DNA of 64,000 bases. Source: Octopus vulgaris. Its lineage: Eukaryota. Every line of letters begins with the position of its first letter. Positions within the stretch are counted from its first letter, which is position 1. Positions 53,881 through 64,000 of this stretch are shown piece after piece. The notes below the pieces were generated by a model. That model did not search any database, had not been told where the DNA came from, and worked only from the letters and a program-made list of their open reading frames with translations. Where the stretch lies: assembly GCA_951406725.2 (NCBI GenBank), contig OX597837.1, positions 35,898,001-35,962,000 of the forward strand, written 5' to 3'. A program made the translations under genes and the position numbers.

Positions 53881-54125
53881 CTCTCTCATTGGTTGCTTTT
53901 GGTGACAGTGTAGTCAAGTCTTCTCATTGGCTCTTGGGCATCTATACTAGTTCACATGACCATGGGAAAATCTCTCGTTGGTCCTCCTTAGAGAATCTCT
54001 AGTAGAAGCCCTCTCATTGGTTATAAGTGTGTGTGTAGCAGCCCTCTCATTGGTTCACGGTGGCCATGTAGAAGTATTCTCATTTGTTCATGGCAACTAT
54101 TTAGTACAAGCTCTCTCATTGGCTC
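53881..54125 (-). repeat. Array of seven CTCTCATTGG-like motifs (CCAATGAGA on the minus strand) with divergent spacers
   Basis: Cores at 53888, 53926, 53977 (GTTGG), 54016, 54049, 54082 (ATTTG) and 54118. Confidence 0.75.
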
Positions 54126-54151
54126 TCTAGAAACTATGCAGCAGAAGCCGG

Positions 54152-54252
54152 AAACTGTTACTCAGAGTTTTACATACCCATTTATCAGACAGTTGTAATG
54201 AATATTCAACTCAACTTTCCGACAAACGGGAATGTGAAACTCTGAGTAACTT
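54152..54252. mobile_element. Short inverted repeat made of two degenerate minimal hammerhead motifs
   Basis: GTTACTCAGAGTTTTACAT vs ATGTGAAACTCTGAGTAAC; same family as 61348-61450. Confidence 0.6.
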
Positions 54253-55974
54253 TTGCAGCTTTAATAAAAGTGTACATATATATATATATGTGTGTGTGTA
54301 TGTATAAATATTTTTATTTTTATGTCAAATCATGTATAAAAAGAGTGTAACATTAAACCAAATGAATAACAATAGTGACTTGACTTGATGTTTTGGCTTG
54401 CTTGCCATTATCACTATGTGATGGCAGCAAGTAAGTTGATTCTGTGAAGCCACTGTCGGCCTTTCCCTTACAAAAGCTCACACAGACACACACATACATG
54501 TACATTTGTGAGTGTATGTTGAATGTAGACATATGCAAGACTCTACAAACATCTCATTAACCAATACCAAATCCTTTAATATTTTCTTTTGTATCAAAAT
54601 GCTTAACCAACCATGTTTTATAAACCAAAAGAAAAAACCAAACCCCACACACACAAACATAACATTGTGTTCTAATGTCACAGCACATAACTATGTGTGC
54701 GAGGATTTTCTCTTTGCTCTGTCATATACAAAAATCCAAAGAGCACTGTTGTCGTTAGAGGTTGACCTTGCCTTTCATCCCTGGGGGGGGGGGGGTCGAT
54801 GAATTAAGTACCAGTTGAGCTCTGGGGTCGATATCATTGACTTAACCCACCCACAAAACAGCTAACCTTGTGTCAAAATTTCAAAACCATCATCATCATT
54901 ATGATTATTATTACTATTATTATTATTACCATTATTATTTATTTTTATTATTATTATTATTATTGTGAAGGTGGTGGGTTGGCTGAATCATTCCCACCCC
55001 AGGCAAAATGTTTAAAAAGCATTTTGTTCATTGTTATGTTCTGAGTTCAATTCCCACTAGAGGCTGAACTTCCATCCTTCCGGCATCGCTAAAATAAGTA
55101 TCAGTGAGATACTGGGGGTCGTTGTAATCAAATAGTACCCTCCCACTAAATTTCAGGCCTTGTGCCTTTAGTAGAAAGGATTATTATTATTATTATCATC
55201 ATCATCATCATCATCATTGTTCTGGCATTTGGCCAAAGCAAGAAAGGATTATTATTATTATTATTATTATTAGCAAGTAGATTGGCAGAATCGTTATAGC
55301 ATTGGGAAAATGCTTTGACAGTATTTGTGCCAGGTTTTTTGCATTCTGAGTTCAAATCCTGCCAAGGCCAACTTTCTTTCTAATTCATTCAGGGTTGACA
55401 TAAGATAAAATACGAACCAATTTACTGCTGGCTGAGGGTGTTGAATATACTCACTCATTTAAAAATTGCTGTCCTTTTGCCTAAATCAGAAGCCATTATT
55501 ATTATTATCATTATTATTATTATTATTATGGAGAGGGAGTGCTCCCTCTCCATAATTTGCTTACAGTGAGTCACCAAACGGTGACTGAAATAACATAAGA
55601 GAAACAATCTCTTTTATGAATTCACAGCATCCTCTCATGCCTAGTGTCTGTTTCTGAAGAGGAAATAACCACTCTGAAATGCTTGCAACTCACAGCCTGG
55701 ATAGGTGGCACTGCGAACTGAATTGGGTGCATTTACACCATTTGTCTACAAAAATGAATTTTCTCCATGGCAAAACACAACGAATGGCTTATTTATGAGT
55801 CCAAACATGCCACAAGCATATTTGAACTGGTAATGATATTGTATTGTTATCATTGTTTTAACTCCGGTTTTGTTGGAAACTCCCGGAATCTTTCAGGAGC
55901 AGAAGGCGTTACTACCAACAGCCTACATTGTTATGCTATTTGTTCTTTTCAGCTATCTAGTAATTTCCTGAAGT

Positions 55975-56356
55975 GGAGGAGCAATGGTCCAGTGGTCAGG
56001 GTAGTAGACTCACAGTCGTAGGATCATGGTTTCAATTCCCAGTCCGGGCGTTGTGAGTGTTTATAGAGCGAAAACACCTAAAGATCCACGAGGCTCTGGC
56101 AAGTGGGTGGTGGCAAACCCTGCTGTACTCTTTCGCCACAGCTTTCTCTCACTCTTTCTTCCTGTTTCTGTTGTACCTGTATCTCAAAGGGGTCAGCCTT
56201 GTCACATTTCTGTGTCACACTGAATCTCCCCAAGGACTACGTTAAGGGTACACATGTCTCTGGAGTGCTCAGCCACTTGCACATTAATTTCATGAGCAAG
56301 CTGTTCCGTTAATCAGATCAACTGGAACCCTCATCCTCATAACCGACGGAGTGCCA
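55975..56356 (+). mobile_element. Chimeric SINE: family C head plus family D tail
   Basis: Head matches 27331 up to CTTTCTCTCACTCTTTCTT; the remainder matches 59085-59258. Confidence 0.8.
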
Positions 56357-57283
56357 TGACTTTCCTGATAATTCTGGCCGTGCCAAAGAAGCATACTTTT
56401 TGCAACAGCTCTACTGGGCCCTCTTTCCCCATTTCCTTTATCTTCCTCTCAATACCTTTTGATATTGGTCCTTTATTATTCTATTCATGGTCCATGCATT
56501 CTATCTACCCCTTGTAGCTTTTTTGTAGCTCTAAAGTAGCTCAGATTTAATAATAGGTTTTATTTTATTTGTAAAAGTTAGAGCTTCTTCGATGTGTCTA
56601 TGTTTACCTTAAAAACCCAATCCACTGGACTGTATCTATGGAAGATTACCCCAATAATTTGTTATCTTTTCGGCCATCTGACTGTGGCCAGGCTGGGGCA
56701 CTGTTTTGGAGGGTTTTAGTTGAAGAAAATTGACCCCCAAGACTTTATTTTTTTAAAAACCTAGCACTTATTCTATTGGTCTCTTTTGCTGAACTGCTAA
56801 GTCACAGGGATATAAACACACCAACACCAATTGTTAAGTAATGGTGCGGTACACACACACATACACACGACAAGCTTCTTTCAGTTTCCATCTACCAAAT
56901 CATCCACTCACAAGGCTATGGTTGGCCGCCCAAGGCTATCGTAGAAAGACACTTGCACAAGGTGCCATGCAGTAGGATTGAACCTCTAACCATGTGATTG
57001 GGAAGCAAACTTCTTACCACACAGCCACACCTGCACCATTGTTAGATTTTTTTTTCTTTTCCATTCAAAATCCGGTTCTCATTACAATTATGTCTTTGCA
57101 GTGGTTCCACGTAATGTTTTCATTGTAAAGAGTCAACAAATTTCCATGATATATTGAGAAAGAGTTTGTGTTATATTTAACTGAGATTGTCTTGTTTTAT
57201 GTGTTTATAGTTTTTGTGTGTTTAGAAAGTCTTTATAGTGGAGGAGGGCAGATAGCAATTTTGCAGAATATGTAGTGTGTAAG

Positions 57284-57324
<41 letters not shown>

Positions 57325-57506
57325 TGAAAGAATGGAGTTCTTCCATTCTTTCATTTATTTATAATAAAAAACACACGAATTTCCACATGAAAGCACGTGA
57401 TCTCTGCCCTTGGCATGTAGCTTCAACCGTGTTTTTCTGACGTGAATTTGCTACCCAGGTATCGGTTAACCGAATTATCCATACTAGGATAATTCATTTA
57501 ACTACT

Positions 57507-57549
<43 letters not shown>

Positions 57550-57568
57550 GGGTTTATGATTGTGGTGA

Positions 57569-58200
57569 GCAATGGTTCTCAACCAAGTTTTACCTGTGGA
57601 CCCCTTTAATTCCAATTTTCCTCTAATAAACATTCAATGTTAAAAGAAAAGCTTATTATATTTTCATGATTAAATTATTGTCTAAAAAATATAATTCAAA
57701 ATTATTAATTATTGTATAAAAAAAATTTAATATTTTGTCTATTTTAGAAGTAAAACCAGATTATCGCAGTTTAATTTTTAACTAGAAAATCTTATATGGA
57801 CCCTCAAAGGTCATCAAGACCTGGTGTAGAATATGTGACCTGTAAATTGTGTGATATAGTAGGGGGGCTTATAATTGTATAGAGTAGTGGTTCCTAACCA
57901 ATTTTTACTTAGTCTCCTTTGACCCCTATTTTTCTCTGCTGGTCCCTAATGAACATCCAATGTGTTAAAAAAATTCTATTGTATTTTTATAATTAAAAAT
58001 TATTAGGAATTGTATAAAAAAAAAAATTATTATTAATATATTTTGTGAATTGTAGAAATGTAACCAGTTTCACTGCACATAAGTTTTAGCAACAAAATCT
58101 TATAGGGGTCTTTAGGGGTCATATAGACCCTGTTTGAGAAACACTGGTGTAGACTATGGGACTTGTAAATTGTGTAATATAGTATGGGGGCTTGTGATTT
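57569..58200. mobile_element. Two tandem hAT/Charlie-like MITE copies, each followed by the same ~45-bp flank
   Basis: CAATGGTTCTCAACC at about 57570 and TAGTGGTTCCTAACC ... GTTTGAGAAACACTG at about 57885-58146; related to 31857-32808. Confidence 0.6.
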
Positions 58201-58310
58201 GTGTTAGAGTATTATGAAGTGATTGTATAGAAAATATGGTGTATAAAATGTGCTATGGTATTGAGAGGTGGTTATATTAAATGTGTGTTATGTAAACTGT
58301 GTTATATAGT

Positions 58311-58591
58311 GGAGGCGGATTCGCGGTCAAGGGATCGTGGGTTCGAATCTCAGACCGGGCGATGTGTGTGTTTATGAGCGAAAACACCTAAGCTCTACAC
58401 GGCTCTGGCAGAAGGTAATGGCAAACTTCTACTGACTCTTTCACCACAACTTTCTCTCACTCTTTCCTCCTGCATCTTGCAGCTCACCTGCGACAGACCG
58501 GCGTCCAGTCCAGGTGTGGAACCTATACACCAAGGAAACCGGGAAAACGGCCCTTATGGGCCAGGCGTGGCTCGAGAAGGAACAAACAAAA
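58311..58591 (+). mobile_element. SINE family C head with V-domain-like tail
   Basis: B box GGGTTCGAATCTC, GAAAACACCTAAGCTC, then CCTGCGACAGACCGGCGTCCAGTCCAGG...GGAAACCGGGAAAA. Confidence 0.75.
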
Positions 58592-58930
58592 CTGTGTTAT
58601 ATAGTATTGGGAGGAGACTGCGTAGAATGTGCTGTGTATAGTCTGTGTAATTGTATTTGGGGAGGCTGAGATGAAAAATTTATATAATGTATACTGTTTA
58701 CATTAGTCAGACTGGTGAGTTCATTTTGACAGTTGTTTTCTCTGCATTATGTTTTGGCTGTTGTATGCTCCAGCTGTCTTCAGGTGTCTTCTGATTCACT
58801 TCAGTGCCCTGCCTGGGATTACCCAGTCTGCTACACCCATAAGCAGTGACAGCGTTAATTCTTAAGGCTTTATAAACCTAGTGACTTTGTCATCTGTTGC
58901 TGTTGTTATTGTAATACTTATGCCATCCGT

Positions 58931-59258
58931 GAAGGCATGTGGCTTAGTGGTAAAGGTATTTGGCTCATGATCACAAGGTCGTGAGTTCAATTCCTGGTGC
59001 CACGTTGTGTCCTTGAGCAAGACACTTTATTCCACATTGCTCCATTCCACTCAGCTGGCAAAAACGGGATGTACCAGTAATACAAAGGGACCAGCCTTGT
59101 CACACTCCGTATCATGCTGAATCTCTCTGAGAACTACACTAAGGGTACACGCATGTCTGTGGAGTACTCAGCCACTTGCACGTTAATTTCACGAGCAGGC
59201 TGTTCCATTGATCGGATCGACTGGAACCCTTGTCATCATAACCGGCGGAGCGCCAGTT
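58931..59258 (+). mobile_element. tRNA-derived SINE family D, full length
   Basis: A box TGGCTTAGTGG, B box GAGTTCAATTCC, GTGTCCTTGAGCAAGACAC; other copies at 39105-39290, 43120-43240 and 44445-44740 (all -). Confidence 0.85.
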
Positions 59259-60436
59259 ATGTCATTGAAATCATGTCATAATATTGGGGAGTGATTTTGT
59301 GGCATTTGCGTTGTAAATTGTGATATTTCACTGAGAGATGATTGCAGAGACCGTCGACTTTCCGAATCTGGTTATTAGGTACTCTGTACGGGGCGATGTA
59401 CTATGGGTGGGGTGGCTGGGGGTAGAGTAATGCTTAGTGGATAATTTTGATCAGTTACCATTCCAAGTGTACAAATTACCTTTGATTCTGTTTCATATTT
59501 ATTATGATTATTGTTTATTTTCACATACAGAGTAATTATTTAATTACCCCCTTATTAAAAAAAAATGATAACAACAATAACAAATAACAATCGTGATAAT
59601 GATATTCAGCGTACGCGTAAAAAAACCCTACAAAATTCTTGTAGATGCATGAAGTGGTGACGGGGGAGAAATAGGTTTGAAAGCAGGAGGTGAGGTCGAT
59701 TTTATATATACACCAGCAATATAGCAGATAATTAACTCGTTAACTGTTTTGAGTTAATTAAATCAACTACACTCCTTTCTCTCACCTATCTCCCACCCCA
59801 TCACTTGAGGATTAAAAACAAGAAAACTTGTGACATTATGCCAGTGTTGGAGATGTTGATTAGAATAATTATCATCATTGTTAACGAGGTTTGTAGGATA
59901 AAATTGTTGGCCCAAACTTAACCCAACTTATTACATTGAGAATAATAATAATAATGGTTTCAAATTTTGGCACGAGGCCAGCAGTTTCAAGGGAGGGAGT
60001 ACTTCGATTACATCGACCCCAGTGTGTAACTGGTACTTATTTTATTGACCCTTAAAAGGAAAAAAGGCAAAGTTGAACCTGGCGGAATTTGAACTCAGAA
60101 CATAAAGACAAACAAAATGCCACTTAGCATTTGGCCCACTGTGCTAATGACTCTGCCAGCTTGGTGCCTTGGTAGTAGTAGTAGTAGTAATAATAATCCT
60201 TTCTATTATAGTCACAAGGCCTGAAATTTGGTGGGGTGGGGGGATAATTGATTACATCGACCCCCAGCGTTTCACTGATACTTATTTATCAACCCCCAAA
60301 AGGATAAAAGGTGAAGCCGGCCTCAGCAGGATTTGAACTTAGGCCGTAAAGATGGACAGAATGCTTGTTGAGCCTTTTGCTCTGGTGTGCTAATGGTTCC
60401 GCCAACTTGCTGCCCTAATAACAATGATGATAATAT

Positions 60437-60495
<59 letters not shown>

Positions 60496-61181
60496 CACAG
60501 AAACGACAACAGAATTCAATATAACAAAAATAACAAATTCCTTTCCATTATGTCTTCAGATTTGAAGATAATCTCATAAAATATCATTATTATTATTATT
60601 ATTATTATTATTTATCATAATTATATTTTTTCCCATAATTAATTTTGGATTCTCCCCTCACCCACCCCATTGCAGAGATTCTTGTGGCAAAAAGATAAAA
60701 CTATTATTATTATTATTATTATTTTTAGTCCGAGACTCATGGCTTTGAGCCTGTCTTAGAAAACAATTTTTTTTGTAGCTGGTTTTTTTTTTGTCTCTCT
60801 TCGCTGTCACCACCACCATGGCCACCATCATCATCATCATCACTGGCATAATGATCAGATATTTTTTTTTTATTTTTTAGTTCCTTATTTTTTTAATATT
60901 TTATCATATTTGTTGTTGTAATTGATGTTACTGCTGCGGTTGTTGGTTGGTTGGTTGGTTGGTTGATTTGATTGGCCGATTACTGTTTCTGCTCCTGCTG
61001 GTTGGTTGGTTGGTTATCCATTGGCTGTTGTTGTCGCTGCTGCTGCTGGCAACATTTGCTTGCAAGAGGGGGAGAAAGAGAGAGAGAGAGAGAGAGGGAG
61101 GGAGAGATGATAGGTGTTTGATGCAGACAGTAGTAGTAGTTGTATTAGTAGTAGTAGTAATAGCAGGAGGGTGGGGGTGAA

Positions 61182-61264
61182 TCAGCTGGCCAGGATGAGT
61201 GCAGTTAACATTGGCCATAGTGTCAGATAGAAGCCTTGTACTAAATGCCACGACATGAAGCTAG
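61182..61264 (-). CDS. Candidate terminal coding exon of a host gene; hydrophobic C-terminus resembling a GPI-anchor signal
   Basis: Strong acceptor TTTTTTTTCTTTTCTTTTCCAG on the minus strand, then (phase 1) SFMSWHLVQGFYLTLWPMLTALILAS*; non-repeat sequence; no upstream exon recognised in the window. Confidence 0.45.
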
Positions 61265-61314
61265 CTGGAAAAGAAAAGAAAAAAAATTATTAGCATGATT
61301 ATGTATGTATATAC

Positions 61315-61347
<33 letters not shown>

Positions 61348-61450
61348 CTTTATTTAAAAGCAGCAGAAATATAACAAAACTGCCCGACAAACGGAAACGT
61401 GAAACTCCGAGTAACAGCTTTTGTTATATTTCTGTTGCTTTTAAATAAAG
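61348..61450. mobile_element. Short foldback with a degenerate hammerhead in the loop
   Basis: Arms 61348-61382 and 61415-61450; loop region ACTGC-CCGACAA-ACGGAAACGT-GAAA-CTCCGAG-TA-ACAGC. Confidence 0.6.
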
Positions 61451-62057
61451 CATATTACTCTACCTCTGGTATTTGAGTACTCTTTTTTCCACCTTGTTTC
61501 ACATTTATGTGCTTACTCCAGTGTGTATATATATATATATATATAGTCAAATCCAATTAATGAAAATTAAAAGTAACAAATACCAAGAAGACGTGGACAC
61601 GGAATGTATTAATTTAATGTTTGGTAAAAAGAGAGTCTTTGACGTTTTGAGCATTAGCTCTTTGTCAGATAGGGAAAAATCCAAAGAGAGAAAAGATAAA
61701 TAAATAAATAAAACAAGCACCAACAGCTTATGTGTAGTTACATTGCTGAAGTGTTTGGGCAGCACCAGCATGGGAGGTTCTCAGCCTCTTCATTGAAAGT
61801 TTGAGACTGAGTTATACAATCTGGTTGATAATTGATGAGGAATTAGGGATGTTCTGTGCTTGTCTCACATCCAGTTCTACACACTCAGTATACATTGTAT
61901 GTATTTTATTGTCATTGTTTACGTAATATGCATTTTTACATGTGTATATATATATATAAAATCAAAAATAAGGGTGAAAAAATTGGATATTAATTTAATA
62001 ACACCAAGTGGTTTAGCACATAAAAACTGGGATTCAGTAAATATTAATACACAAATT

Positions 62058-62469
62058 TAAGAGAGAATCCACTATGTGGACGCTCTTGCACTAAAAATAG
62101 ATCTGCAATGGTCTCAACCACCAAGAATTGTTCTCAAGAAAAATTAGCACAACTATGAACGTAAGCGAGCAGGACAAATGAAAAATAACAAAAATGTAGA
62201 TTAACCCTAGACAATTGCTTCACTGTTAATAAATTATGCAATTTTACAGGATTCGTCATGAATATAATTTGTTGTGTAAGTAAAACTGCATAATTTATTA
62301 ACAGTGAAACAATTGTCTAGGGTTAATCTACATTTTTGTAATTTTTCATTTGTCCTGCTCGCTTACGTTCATAGTTGTGCTAATTTTTCTTGAGAACAAT
62401 TCTTGGTGGTTGAGACCATTGCGGATCTATTTTTAGCGCAAGAGTATCCACATAGTGGATTCTCTCTTA
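62058..62469. repeat. Near-perfect 190-bp inverted repeat with 32-nt spacer; contains a hammerhead 3' half
   Basis: 62058-62247 vs 62280-62469, about seven mismatches by eye; GAAAC-AATT-GTC at about 62306-62317. Confidence 0.9.
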
Positions 62470-62471
62470 TA

Positions 62472-62502
<31 letters not shown>

Positions 62503-62503
<1 letters not shown>

Positions 62504-62682
62504 CATCATCATCATCATCATTTAGCGTCCGCTTTCCATGCTAGCACGGGTTGGACGGGTCAACTGGGGTCTGTGAAGCTGGAAGGCTTCGTCAGGCCCA
62601 GTCAGATCTGGCAGTGTTTCTACGGCTGGATGCCCTTCCTAACGCCAACCACTCCCCGAGTGTAGTGGGTGTTTTTTTACGT
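62503..62682 (-). mobile_element. Family E RTE-derived element, 3' part
   Basis: (CAT)n...GTCCGCTTTCCATGCTAGCACGGGTTGGACG...GGATGCCCTTCCTAACGCCAACC; other copies at about 15740-16140, 20470-20600, 26060-26285, 29335-29490, 31969-32113 and 38860-39060. Confidence 0.8.
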
Positions 62683-62954
62683 GATATATATATATATATA
62701 TAATAATTATTTGAGGGAATATTAATCCTAACTTACAGGAAAAAATCCAATTTAGAAATACTAAATCAAATTTCACACAATATAATATATATATATATAT
62801 ATATAAAATTAGAAAAAAACACCTTTTATCAATTCAAAATGAACAATTAAATTACACCATCTAGAAAATTACACATAATAGAAATATTAAAATAACAATA
62901 AAATACCAATGATTAAGTAAATTGCAAAAAAAATAATAAAAATGTATATAATTG

Positions 62955-63006
<52 letters not shown>

Positions 63007-64000
63007 CTTGATTTTGATTTTTCCAGTTTCAGCTAATGAGCTGTGGCCATGCTGGGGCACCTGTAATTTTTGGGACAAATGGGTATATGCCAGTTAGTGT
63101 GTTCACAGCTTGGGCTACCTGGTGACATCCATGGTTGGGGTATGTTTCCTCCGGATCTAGGTCTGTTGAGATAATAATTTATGAAGGAAATGGTAGATTG
63201 ATTTAGCACTACTGGACAGACTTCAAGCTCTAACTTATCTGCTTTATATATATATATATATATTGTTCCTATTATGTTAAACTGTCGTATGTCCAAATAT
63301 ATAATTTTCAATATTTATTTTTGCTTGCAATAGCCAGTTCTTTTGGTCAAACTATCGTATCTCCAGCTACTTCAGATGCCAAGATATCAAAAATTGTCAA
63401 AATGTAGTACAATGGTTTTGCTATGGAATGGTGAAACTGTTTTTTCGCTTTCTGAAAAAAGCAATGTTTTGGACTTACGACACTTTTTCAAAACAGCAAC
63501 AATATATATATTTGTGTGTGTATATGTGTACATATGTATTTGTGTGTATGTATATGTATGTGTGTATATGTATATACATGTGTGTATGCATATATATATA
63601 TATATATATGTATGTATGTGTTTATATGTGTGTGTATATGTTTATGCATAAATGTGTGTCTATATATATATTTATGTATATATATATATGTATGTATATA
63701 TGTATGTGTATATATATGTATGTGTATATATGTATATATATTTGTATGTATAAGGATGTGTGTATGTGTATATATATATATATATATGTATTGGTGTGTG
63801 TGTGTATGTGTATATATATATATATATATGTATTGGTGTGTATGTGTATGCATGTATATATATATATATATTGTGCTTCGACAGAAAGGAACACAAAAAA
63901 TAAACAGGAAGAGAAAATAGGAAAAGGTTTAGTGGCCAGCAATCTATCATATATATATATATATTGCACCATTCAAGTGTGAGTGACGCTAGTGCTGTCT

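Noticed and set aside
60928-61251. ORF-track 107-aa minus-strand ORF
   Set aside because: Runs through simple repeats; a different frame (61182-61264) fits the splice acceptor better

Overview
A very AT-rich, repeat-saturated eukaryotic window that is intergenic or intronic. The SINE complement points to a coleoid cephalopod, most likely Octopus; this is an inference from recognised families, not a database result. Nearly all ORF-track entries are spurious translations of (TA)n/(TG)n/(CA)n/(CT)n/(GAT)n/(ACC)n microsatellites or SINEs. The supportable content is: at least five SINE-like families (dozens of copies, with interchangeable heads and tails); decayed LINE fragments (CR1, RTE/BovB-like, R4/Dong-like, an L1/Tx1-like 3' UTR); a near full-length but inactivated mariner with TIRs and TA TSD (33436-34667); a non-autonomous Helitron; piggyBac-like (TTAA) and hAT-like MITEs; and many foldback inverted repeats carrying type I hammerhead-ribozyme motifs, probably Penelope-like pseudo-LTRs. 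The only host-gene candidate is a minus-strand terminal exon (61182-61264) encoding a hydrophobic, GPI-signal-like C-terminus. The most interesting observations are the hammerhead-bearing foldbacks, a tandem array of variable-loop hairpin plus pseudoknot-like units inside an RTE-derived element, combinatorial SINE head/tail swapping, and a phased CCAAT-box array at about 54 kb. No rRNA, true tRNA or CRISPR array is supported. All coordinates were read by eye and repeat boundaries are approximate. SINE family letters A-E are my own labels.
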